From NCBI GenBank assembly GCA_039922695.1, contig JBDTEG010000013.1, positions 6,233 through 70,232 of the forward strand: DNA of 64,000 bases, in the 5' to 3' direction. The stretch comes from Rhodanobacter sp. Lineage in GTDB: Bacteria > Pseudomonadota > Gammaproteobacteria > Xanthomonadales > Rhodanobacteraceae. Shown one piece after another: positions 12,750 through 20,966 of this stretch (within the stretch, counting starts at the first letter, position 1; the number at the start of each line of letters is the position of its first letter). A program made the translations under genes and the position numbers. The notes beneath the pieces were generated by a model. That model was not told the DNA's origin and made no database searches. It was given only the letters and a program-made list of their open reading frames with translations.

Positions 12750-13121
12750 GCTCGACCTCCTGATGATCGCAGCGACGGGTTATCACGCTACCTGAGTGAA
12801 AGCGCCGGAGGGTTGAACACATCAACACGGCTCGCGCTTCTGCCGTGAGATGCAACGGACGCCTCCGACGTTCCCGAGCGTCACATCAGTGACGCGATTC
12901 GAGCTGTCGCCGCACTCCAGCGACCCACATGGGTTAACCGATACTCCAGCCGCGGCCGGGCCAGACGCGGTCTGCCGGAGCGGGCTCAAACGGGTGGTGA
13001 ACAACCGGTGGTTTGGCGTAGTACTTGCGTTCGCTGCGACAGGCGCATCGCGAGTTTCGCGCGGTCAATGACCAGAGCAATCTTCTCGCGAACACTTGCG
13101 ACCGCTCTCCGTGCACGGTGA

Positions 13122-14378
13122 TCACAAGGTTTTCAGGTACTGCACCAGGTCACTCTTCTGCCGGGGCGTAAGCCACAACTTCTGTTTCGTGTTGTAAGCC
13201 TCCACGACATCCGCAAGCGTCGCCGCAGAGCCATCGTGGAAGTACGGTGCGTGTTGCCACAGACCGCGCAGCGGTGTGGTGCGGTACAGGCCAGTCGCTG
13301 AACGGGCCACGTAGAGCGCGTCCTTGGCCGCCGAGGCTGTAGGCGCGTGCAGCCTCTCGTTGGCGTCGGTGAAGTGCGGGCCACTGTGGCAACTCGAGCA
13401 GCCGGCATCCTTGAACACCAGCTTTCCGCGCTTCGCTGCGGCGGGCTCGAAGCTTCCTGCCGGCGGTGGTGGCGCCGCAATCGACAGTTGATACGCCTGC
13501 AGCGAGGCCAGCGCGCTGCTGGTCATGTCCTTGGTCCCGTTTACCACCAGCATTCCCGGGTGCCAGGTCGGCGCCAGGCCTGGGGTATGCGGGTTCAAAT
13601 GGGTGCCGACCCGCGGATCCGAAAACACGCCCTGTCCGCCCATCTGGGTCACCGCCACGTAGCGGTTCCAATACGAGAGATTGGGGCCGTCGCCGGTATA
13701 TACGACGCGATTCACGCCGGCCAGTCCGTACGCCGGCGGTATTACTGCCGGACTGCTGAGACCATCGACGTTCCAGCGCGCGTCATACATGCCAGGACCC
13801 CACGAATTCAATTGGGCCTTTTGCGCGTCGGAGAGGACCGGTGACAGCGCGACGATCGCGCCGGGGTTGAGGTCGTGGTTGGGCCAGCCATCGAGCCGGT
13901 GGCCGATGCCGGGTGCGAACGAATTGTCCACCGTCGAGTGGCACAGCGCGCACGTGACACCGAAGCGGGTCAAGGTGTCCTTGCCGTTGACGTTCTCGAC
14001 CGTAGCCTGGGCGCCTACCACCGCGTTGAGTTTCAGCAGGGCGACCGTGATGGCCGGGTCATCCAGGTTGACGCTGCCGTCCGCAATGCCGTTCTTCACC
14101 GCATCGGGCAATGCGTCGACATCCACTTTCAGGCCGACTGCCAGCGCGGTTTTCGGGCTGACGGTGCTGATGACCTTGTCCATGTGCAACTGGTCCGTCC
14201 AGTGGATCTCATCGCCGAACGTGTCGTAGCGAAAGACCTGCTGGCCCTGCTTGATCAACGCTGCATGGCTTGCCGGCTGGCTCTGTCTGGTCGCCGCATA
14301 GATCGCGCCGACCGAGGTGGCGAGCAGCGAGAAACTGCCAGCGACCAGTACGGAGAAAATCTTTACCTTCTGTTCCAT
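13122..14378 (-). CDS. periplasmic di-heme c-type cytochrome (bCcP/MauG-superfamily-like)
   Basis: Signal peptide; two CxxCH motifs (CALCH, CSSCH); C-terminal YRTTPLRGLWQHAPYFHDGSA. Confidence 0.8.
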   Translation of the reverse strand: MEQKVKIFSVLVAGSFSLLATSVGAIYAATRQSQPASHAALIKQGQQVFRYDTFGDEIHWTDQLHMDKVISTVSPKTALAVGLKVDVDALPDAVKNGIADGSVNLDDPAITVALLKLNAVVGAQATVENVNGKDTLTRFGVTCALCHSTVDNSFAPGIGHRLDGWPNHDLNPGAIVALSPVLSDAQKAQLNSWGPGMYDARWNVDGLSSPAVIPPAYGLAGVNRVVYTGDGPNLSYWNRYVAVTQMGGQGVFSDPRVGTHLNPHTPGLAPTWHPGMLVVNGTKDMTSSALASLQAYQLSIAAPPPPAGSFEPAAAKRGKLVFKDAGCSSCHSGPHFTDANERLHAPTASAAKDALYVARSATGLYRTTPLRGLWQHAPYFHDGSAATLADVVEAYNTKQKLWLTPRQKSDLVQYLKTL

Positions 14379-14545
14379 CGCGTTACCCTCTGGAATTTGG
14401 TGGTGTACCGACGATTCCACTGTTGCCTTGATCCAAGCCGAAGCCGGCCACACGTCGAAGCGACCGGCATGGGTTCGTCAACCGGCGGAACAGCAGTCAC
14501 AGCCCAGCCGTATAGGCTCAACGTGACTGGCGTGGCTATGCGGGA

Positions 14546-15100
14546 TCAACGGCGAGACGTGATGCTGCCGCGAAAGTTCTGCAGATAAATGGGCCCGTAG
14601 CCATAACCGAGGTCGATCGGCCCGCTGTTGCTGCCCTGCATGAACGAGCCTCCGCTGAAGCCGACCAGCGAACCCACCGGCGTGCCGAGGCCGGGATAGC
14701 TGACTGGCGATTGCCGCGTCGTGAACTGGAACTGCACCTGCTGCCCTTTTGCATTGAGCAGCGTCACGTCGTATTTGAGCGGCGTGATGCCGCTGATTTC
14801 GGGACCTTGCGCCACGATCTGGTTGAAGGCCGGAACGCCCCAGAGAAACGGGAACCTGACCGCTATCGAGATCACGCGGCCAACGTGGCCGAAAGACGGG
14901 TCCGCGAAATTCGGGTCCACGCTCATCGTGCCGACGAACGGAGTCGCGAACCGTGCAGGACCGCTGAAGAGCTGCGCTTGTCCATGGATGTAGAAGGACT
15001 GCGTTGGCGTTGCGGCGGCTGCGATAGCCGGAGCCAAGGCACCCATCGCCAGACCGCACAGCAAGGACTGTTGCAAAGACTTCACGCTGATCGATTTCAT
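14546..15100 (-). CDS. exported protein, paralog of the PEP-CTERM protein at 12177 but without the sorting tail
   Basis: Signal peptide; shares PAFN-I--Q, VGSLVGF-GG and LQNF-G-I blocks with 12177..12749. Confidence 0.7.
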   Translation of the reverse strand: MKSISVKSLQQSLLCGLAMGALAPAIAAAATPTQSFYIHGQAQLFSGPARFATPFVGTMSVDPNFADPSFGHVGRVISIAVRFPFLWGVPAFNQIVAQGPEISGITPLKYDVTLLNAKGQQVQFQFTTRQSPVSYPGLGTPVGSLVGFSGGSFMQGSNSGPIDLGYGYGPIYLQNFRGSITSRR

Positions 15101-15496
15101 TGCCCTATCTCCCAATGGTTCGCCATACGAGGGCTGGTCAGGTGGTCGCAAACGCCGTGGAAGCGACGCTGCCATCCGACTTGAACCGTGATGACTCACC
15201 GCCACGTTCCGGTGAATTGCCCCATTGCCTTGAGGTCGTTGCAGCCGGGAGCCAGACGGACCGGGGCCACTATGCGTCCTGCACTGGGTTAGACGCGGCG
15301 ACCGCAGGAAAGGTTACAGAGCGCAATACGGGACGCCGCGAAAAGAAGTCGGCTTGGCGCGTTGAGCGAAAAATATCGTGGCGGCGTGGGATTCGGTGGT
15401 TGTGTCAAATTGCTCAAGACATCGGCATTTCGCCCAAGCTGTTCCACGGCGGCAAAGGCCGTGTCGTCGCGATCGCGCGACGCGCGATCAGGCGCT

Positions 15497-15858
15497 GGCG
15501 ACCACGAAGCCAAACACGCCTTGTTCCACCCTTGCAACCGAGTGCGGGCGGATGGTGCGGCGCTGTTGTTCGCTGCCGACGCGGCGGCAGCCCATCTCCT
15601 CACCGAGTTGCACGACCTGCGCTCGAGTCTTGGCGCGTGCACCCAGTTTGTGCTGAAGTCGCTCGATGGCAGGGAACGTCGGAACGTGCTCCGGGCGGGG
15701 GCCGCTGCTCGCGGCATCGAGCTGGACGACACCGCGCTGGACTGGCTGCTTGCGCGTAATGCGCACAGGATCCTGGAGCGTTGCTGGACCTGCTGGATCG
15801 GATCCACCACACCTCGCTGTTGGCGCGGCGGCGGATCACGATTCCATTCTTGCCCGAG
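15497..15858 (+). pseudogene. hda: decayed duplicate of the 3' half of hda
   Basis: Direct repeat of 11506..11865 (about 48 substitutions plus a 2-nt insertion over about 360 bp by manual alignment); no 5' half; frameshift near 15762. Confidence 0.9.
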
Positions 15859-15956
15859 GTCCTGCAAACGGCCGCGCAGAAACGTCCGCAGGCGCTGCGT
15901 GCTGCAGTTTGGTCGGGTCGTTCGTTCCGTCTCGGCCAACGTGTCGCATGCCACGG

Positions 15957-16673
15957 TCAGCCGGGACAGGTGCCGGCTTCTTCGGCGTCAAGCTGAGCCA
16001 TCACGGCGTCGGTGACGCGGGCACAGCGCAAGCCCATGAAGGGAAATGCTTCGCCCAAGGTGCTGGCCAGGCGATCATGCAGCGACAGGCGCAACAGGCG
16101 GCGCGCACGATGCAGGCGAGTCTTCACCGTTTCCGCCTTGATGCCGAGCTGGCTGGCGGTCTCTTCCACAGTGTATTCCTCGACCTCGCGCATCATGTAG
16201 ACAACGCGAAAGGCCGTCGGCAGCTTGTCGATGGCGTGCTCGAGCAAATGACGGATCTCCGTGCGCGCCGCAGCGGCAGCGGGGTCCTCGCTACCGTATT
16301 TCGAAGGAAACTGGATGATCTGATGGGTATCCTCAGACGCCGCGTCGACCTGCTCCAGCCCGACCGTGGTGCGGCGCTTGCGCAAGCGGCCGCGGGCCTC
16401 GTTCAGCACGATGGTGGTCAGCCAGGTCAACAGGGTCGAATCGCCGCGGAACGAACCCAGCTTGTGGTATGCACGCATATATGACTCCTGCAACACATCC
16501 TCGGCCTCCGAGTCCTCGCCGATCACGGCACGCGCGACACGGAACAGGCGCTGGTTGCAGCGCTGCATGATGTGGCGGAATGCTTCGCGCTCGCCGCTAC
16601 GGACGAGTGCGACCAGCGCGTAGTCGCCCAGCGTGGTGTAGTCGACGGCGGCAACACGGGCATGAATTGGCAT
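15957..16673 (-). CDS. ECF-type sigma-70 factor with short Cys-containing C-terminal extension
   Basis: Region 2 (AEDVLQESYMRAY, TWLTTIVLNEAR), region 4 (ETVKTRLHRARR), tail EAFPFMGLRCARVTDAV; AAGGAG RBS. Confidence 0.9.
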   Translation of the reverse strand: MPIHARVAAVDYTTLGDYALVALVRSGEREAFRHIMQRCNQRLFRVARAVIGEDSEAEDVLQESYMRAYHKLGSFRGDSTLLTWLTTIVLNEARGRLRKRRTTVGLEQVDAASEDTHQIIQFPSKYGSEDPAAAAARTEIRHLLEHAIDKLPTAFRVVYMMREVEEYTVEETASQLGIKAETVKTRLHRARRLLRLSLHDRLASTLGEAFPFMGLRCARVTDAVMAQLDAEEAGTCPG

Positions 16674-16693
16674 GGTCTTCTCCTTCTACACCG

Positions 16694-16724
16694 ATTCGAT
16701 GCATTTGCACGCCCCGAGGTTCCC
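16694..16724 (-). promoter_or_regulatory. putative ECF promoter (autoregulatory) GGGAACC-N15-GCATC-GAAT
   Basis: Motif repeated at 17388-17418 (-) and 17430-17459 (+); ends about 20 nt upstream of the sigma ATG. Confidence 0.75.
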
Positions 16725-16728
16725 GCGC

Positions 16729-17364
16729 TCAGCCGGCCAGCGTCGACAGGATCTCCCCCCGCAGCGGCTCCAGCGCGAATTCGCCCAGCAGTCGACGGGT
16801 CTGCATCGACACGTTATGCAGGCGCACCCCGCGCGATGACAGGCATTCGTGGCTCGCCTGCACGATCACGGCCACGGCGCGAGGTTTCAGCGCCCGGGCC
16901 AGGGTGTCGGCGATCTCCGTGGTCAGCCGCTCCTGGATCTGCAGGCGCCGTCCGAATGCCTCGACCAGCCTCGCGAGCTTGGAGATCCCGACCACGCGCC
17001 GGCGGGGAAGATAGGCGATGTGGACGACGCCGCGGATCGCCGCCATGTGGTGTTCGCACGTCGATTGCAACGGGATGTCGCGCAGGATCACCATGTCGTC
17101 ATAACCGCCGACTTCACCGAAGGTTCGGCTGAGCAGGTTGACCGGATTCTGTCGGTAGCCCGCAAACCATTCCTCGTAAGCACGTACCACGCGCGCGGGC
17201 GTGGCCAGCAGACCTTCGCGCGCCGGATCGTCGCCGGCCCAGCGAATCAGCGTCCGTACCGCCGATTCCGCTTCGGCGCGCGTGGGTTGTGGACGTTCGC
17301 CAGCGGCGGACTGAAGTGCGGCCGGGAGCGCCACAAGTGTCTGGTCGGACTCGAGCATGGGCAT
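16729..17364 (-). CDS. folE: GTP cyclohydrolase I (type IA)
   Basis: REGLLATPARV, TCEHH, GISKLARLV, RRLQIQERLT, HECLSSRG; Zn ligands Cys/His/Cys present. Confidence 0.92.
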   Translation of the reverse strand: MPMLESDQTLVALPAALQSAAGERPQPTRAEAESAVRTLIRWAGDDPAREGLLATPARVVRAYEEWFAGYRQNPVNLLSRTFGEVGGYDDMVILRDIPLQSTCEHHMAAIRGVVHIAYLPRRRVVGISKLARLVEAFGRRLQIQERLTTEIADTLARALKPRAVAVIVQASHECLSSRGVRLHNVSMQTRRLLGEFALEPLRGEILSTLAG

Positions 17365-17387
17365 GGTTTCGTTGGTGATGATGATCC

Positions 17388-17418
17388 ATGCGATGCGACT
17401 GCTGCCGTCCCGGTTCCC
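17388..17418 (-). promoter_or_regulatory. putative ECF promoter for folE GGGAACC-N15-GCATC-GCAT
   Basis: Second copy of the shared motif, oriented toward folE. Confidence 0.75.
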
Positions 17419-17429
17419 GCGGTCCGGAC

Positions 17430-17459
17430 GGGAACCTGACCGCTGGCGCCGCATCAGAT
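17430..17459 (+). promoter_or_regulatory. putative ECF promoter for the DUF4142 operon GGGAACC-N14-GCATC-AGAT
   Basis: Third copy, back-to-back with the folE copy, oriented toward DUF4142. Confidence 0.7.
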
Positions 17460-17509
17460 GGGCACTGGCGACTCTTCCTCGCCTCCCAACCGCCAAGGAA
17501 ACATCAGTC

Positions 17510-18046
17510 ATGAACAAGCCGCTGTTTGCCATCGCCCTCGGCCTCGCCTTTGTCGCCGGTTCCGCGGGTGGCATGAACGCCGCCACCGCAGCTCCCGCCA
17601 TGAACGATGCACAGATCGCGCACATTGCCTACACCGCCGGTGCAATCGACGTCACCGCAGCGAAGCAGGCATTGCGGAAATCACAAAACCCCGAGGTTCG
17701 GGCGTTCGCCAAGGAGATGGCACGTGATCACGCCGCGGTCAACGACCAGGCGCTCGCGCTGGTGAAAAAGCTGGGGGTGACGCCTCAGGACAACCCCGTC
17801 AGCCAGTCGCTCACCAGCAACGCGGTCGCCGAGCAGGAGAAGCTCGCCATGCTCAGCGACAACGCGTACGACAAGGCCTACGCCGCAAACGAGGTCGCTT
17901 ATCACCAGGCGGTCAATACCGCACTCAGCGGCACGCTGATTCCGTCGGCGCAGAATGCGGAATTGAAATCTCTGCTGGAAACCGGTCTGAAGCTGTTCGA
18001 GTCGCACCAGATGCACGCCGAGCATCTTTCGCAGAGCCTGAAGTAA
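17510..18046 (+). CDS. DUF4142 (ferritin-like) exported protein
   Basis: Signal peptide; MNDAQIA, VRAFAKEMARDH, YDKAYAANEVAYH, HQMHAEHL. Confidence 0.8.
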   Translation: MNKPLFAIALGLAFVAGSAGGMNAATAAPAMNDAQIAHIAYTAGAIDVTAAKQALRKSQNPEVRAFAKEMARDHAAVNDQALALVKKLGVTPQDNPVSQSLTSNAVAEQEKLAMLSDNAYDKAYAANEVAYHQAVNTALSGTLIPSAQNAELKSLLETGLKLFESHQMHAEHLSQSLK

Positions 18047-18057
18047 GGGGCCGTGCC

Positions 18058-18390
18058 ATGTTTCGTCTCGTGGCCGTGCTCGCCGGGCTGTTGCTGGCAA
18101 GCGCCTGGGCATCGCCTGCCGCCGCCGTCGGCGCGAGCCAGTCACAGCGCGTGCACGTGATCGTGATGGACAAGATGCTGTTTGGCCCCATGCCTGCCGG
18201 CGTTCGCGCCGGAGACACCATCGAATGGGTCAATCTCGACATGTTCGAACACACCGCCACCGCTCGCGATGGCAGCTTCGATGTTGACCTCAAGCCTGGC
18301 GCGACCATGCGCACGACGGCTGCGAGCGGCAGCTTCGCGTTCTTCTGCAAGTTTCATCCCACGATGCAGGGAACACTGGTGGTGAAGTAG
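18058..18390 (+). CDS. small cupredoxin (plastocyanin/amicyanin-like)
   Basis: Signal peptide; type-1 Cu ligands H (EHTAT), C, H, M (FCKFHPTMQG). Confidence 0.88.
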   Translation: MFRLVAVLAGLLLASAWASPAAAVGASQSQRVHVIVMDKMLFGPMPAGVRAGDTIEWVNLDMFEHTATARDGSFDVDLKPGATMRTTAASGSFAFFCKFHPTMQGTLVVK

Positions 18391-18502
18391 CTCATTGGCC
18401 GCACGCACATTCCGAATGGGCCGGCGCGCAGCAGGTGCGGGTCGGCCGCACGGTTGGTGCACGAATGCGCGCGACCTTTATCGTTGCCGAAGGAGTTCCC
18501 TG

Positions 18503-19168
18503 ATGAATCACGCAACAAGTCTGTTGATGAAGGAGTTTGTTACCCACGACGTCCTTCGCTTCATCCTGTTCCGCCCTGAAGGATTCACCTTCGAGCCCGG
18601 GCAGGGAGTGGATCTGGCTATTGACGCTGACGGCTGGCGCGATCAGTCCCGTCCGTTTACGCCAACCTCGTCAACCATGGCGGCGGTGCTGGAATTCACG
18701 ATCAAGATCTATCCCGGACACGCGGGCATGACTCGTGCGCTGGCCGCGTTGCAACCGGGCGCGGCGCTGACCATCTCCGACCCTTGGGGCACGATCGGCT
18801 ATCACGGCCCGGGCGTGTTCATCGCCGGCGGCGCCGGGATCACGCCGTTTCTCGCGATCGTGCGTCACCTGCGTGACGAGGGACGGCTGCCCGGCCATGG
18901 CTTGATCTTCGCCAACAAGACCGTCGCAGATGTCATCTGCGAAAAGGAATTGCGCGCAGCGTTTGGCAGGCGTGCACACTTCGTCGTCGAGCGTGACGCC
19001 AGCTCCGGCTTCGAGTCGGGTTTCGTGGGCGAGGATCTGCTGAAGCGTTGCATCGATGACTGGACCCAGCACTTCTATGTCTGCGGACCGCCCCCGTTCA
19101 ACGATGCGGTGATCCAGACCCTGCGGCGGCTCGGCGCCCAGCCCGAAGCCCTGGTGTTTGAGCAGTAG
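18503..19168 (+). CDS. FAD/NAD(P)-binding oxidoreductase (FNR-like, no Fe-S domain)
   Basis: RPFTPTS, FIAGGAGITPF, FYVCGPPPF motifs. Confidence 0.85.
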   Translation: MNHATSLLMKEFVTHDVLRFILFRPEGFTFEPGQGVDLAIDADGWRDQSRPFTPTSSTMAAVLEFTIKIYPGHAGMTRALAALQPGAALTISDPWGTIGYHGPGVFIAGGAGITPFLAIVRHLRDEGRLPGHGLIFANKTVADVICEKELRAAFGRRAHFVVERDASSGFESGFVGEDLLKRCIDDWTQHFYVCGPPPFNDAVIQTLRRLGAQPEALVFEQ

Positions 19169-19225
19169 GGTGGCGCGATCTCGGCCGTTGGCGCACTGGA
19201 TGCCTGCGCTGCTGTCGCCGCGCGA

Positions 19226-20005
19226 TCAAGCCGCGGTTCGTTGCTCCGGGTCGGCGTCCCAGGTCAGCCGCTTGTAGTTGAAACCCTGGGTCAGCGACGG
19301 CTTGATGACGTCGAAATAAGGTGAAACGTCGAAGTCGCGCGGTGTGTACAGGCTGTGGTCGCGGATGTGGAAGATTTCGCGGATGCAGTCGTGGCATTCG
19401 GGCGTGGCGGCCGACTCGGTGCGAACGACCGGCAGGATCGGGAACGGTATCGACTGGAAGGCCTCCGCCACCAGGGTGGAGCAGATCGCACGCGTGGGGT
19501 CACCGCTGCCCAGCGCCAGCATGCGCCGCCGCCAGGGGCCGGGCACCGGCGGTGTAGGCAGCAGGTAGCGGGCGAGGTCGAAAACGTTTTTCAGGTCGTA
19601 GCACTGGCCCAGCCGGGCCATGGCGTAATTCACGACGCGGTGCGCGTCGTCGTCACTCAAGCCCATCGGTCGGCAGATGCGCAAGTGATAGCCGCCGAAA
19701 TCCTGCAAGTCGAGCAGATGCACGCCTTGCTCGGTGTCGGCCTCAACCAACAGGTGCGGGCGACCGGCAAACGCGTTCCCGGCGTAGTCGCCCACGTAGA
19801 GCGCCACGTGCGACCAAGTGGATTGGGTCAGGTACTTGATCGCGGTGCTGATGCGTGCGCGGCCGTCGACCAGCACGACGTCGGCCGGACGCAGGATTTT
19901 CCGCAGCTCGGTCAGGTCAGCCGGCAGGTGCGGGTAGGGTCCGCGTGCCGGCTGGTTCAGGTAACGCGCCAGGGCGCCGCCCATACGTCGTGCAAGGCCG
20001 TTCAT
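19226..20005 (-). CDS. YiiX/YebB-like permuted NlpC/P60 cysteine hydrolase
   Basis: LRPADVVL, WSHVALY (His), ICSTLVAEAF (Cys) in permuted order. Confidence 0.78.
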   Translation of the reverse strand: MNGLARRMGGALARYLNQPARGPYPHLPADLTELRKILRPADVVLVDGRARISTAIKYLTQSTWSHVALYVGDYAGNAFAGRPHLLVEADTEQGVHLLDLQDFGGYHLRICRPMGLSDDDAHRVVNYAMARLGQCYDLKNVFDLARYLLPTPPVPGPWRRRMLALGSGDPTRAICSTLVAEAFQSIPFPILPVVRTESAATPECHDCIREIFHIRDHSLYTPRDFDVSPYFDVIKPSLTQGFNYKRLTWDADPEQRTAA

Positions 20006-20354
20006 CGGACGCTCCAGGCATGACCACGTTCACTGCACGCGAGGTAGCGTGTGGCTGATCGGCGATGGAACGGGACGGGCGGCGGAGACACATCGCGGGC
20101 CTGCGAAGGCGGTGGCAACCTGGCGGCCTGATGTGACTGCGCGGAGTGGGTTGCGTGAGCAGCTTCGCGTGCGGCCTTGCATGCCAGTAGATGGATCCGG
20201 ATGCCGCGGGGTTCCCGTGCCCAAGGCCGGCGGGCACGCTGGAGTTGTGCAGAATCAAGGCGTCTGGTGCGCCTTCGTTGACGATCCAAGAGCGGGCGCA
20301 CAGTGGCGTCCTTGTGGGCGCATTCGCGTACGCGCATGATCCCGATCGCGAGCA

Positions 20355-20936
20355 GTGTCGAGGATCAACGTCATGGCATGGCTATTTTCGGGCGTGTTCG
20401 TCGTGGCCGCGGTGCTTGGCAGCGCGGTCGAGCCTTATTCGGCAACTCATCCCGCTGTTTATGCGGGAACCTATGCGGTCCGCATCTGCCATGGATCTTG
20501 CGCAGGATCGTCAGCCATCGCCTTTCGCACAGGAACGATCATTCTTTTCGACCAACCACTGCTGCAGGACCAGAACGGCAACACGTTTCGCAGGCATCTT
20601 GATAGCGACCCCTCCAACGCCTGCTTCGTGCTCAACCACACGGCGGTCTCAACCGACCAGAATTCCTACATCCCGACGGACGGATTCTTTTCCTGGGCAT
20701 TACAGGAACACGCCGTCGCACTGGAGCTCGAGCGTTCGCCCGATGGTGGTTACGGAGTGAGGCTGCACCTCACTCCCAAGGGGCTTGGCGGTACTGGCTC
20801 GATATGGGGTGGCGTCCCTCCTGCCAAGCCTATGACGCCCGATTCACCTACCGTACCGCCAGACACCATTTCGGCGGTTCGCATGGGTGAGCCCGATATT
20901 GCGAAATGTCCGCCGCTTTCAGATTTGAACAGGTGA
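20355..20936 (+). CDS. hypothetical exported protein
   Basis: Hydrophobic N-terminus, 4 Cys, Pro-rich C-terminus; no recognisable family. Confidence 0.55.
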   Translation: MSRINVMAWLFSGVFVVAAVLGSAVEPYSATHPAVYAGTYAVRICHGSCAGSSAIAFRTGTIILFDQPLLQDQNGNTFRRHLDSDPSNACFVLNHTAVSTDQNSYIPTDGFFSWALQEHAVALELERSPDGGYGVRLHLTPKGLGGTGSIWGGVPPAKPMTPDSPTVPPDTISAVRMGEPDIAKCPPLSDLNR

Positions 20937-20966
20937 GTCGGTCAGGTACAGTCAGGCGCGGATACC

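Noticed and set aside
12750-12860. Sigma-54 promoter or PEP-CTERM box upstream of the PEP-CTERM gene
   Set aside because: No TGGCAC-N5-TTGC-like element was found on the coding strand.
14849-14864. 16-nt identity CGGGAACCTGACCGCT with the DUF4142 promoter (17429-17444) as a fourth ECF promoter
   Set aside because: It lies inside a coding region on the antisense strand and lacks GCATC at the right spacing. A 16-mer match within 64 kb of GC-rich DNA is plausible by chance.
20190-20206. GATGC...GGTTCCC upstream of the YiiX-like gene as an ECF promoter
   Set aside because: The spacer is only 5 nt instead of 14-15.
20427-20510. RICHGSC in the 20355 ORF as a heme-binding motif
   Set aside because: The spacing is C-x3-C with the His inside, not CxxCH.
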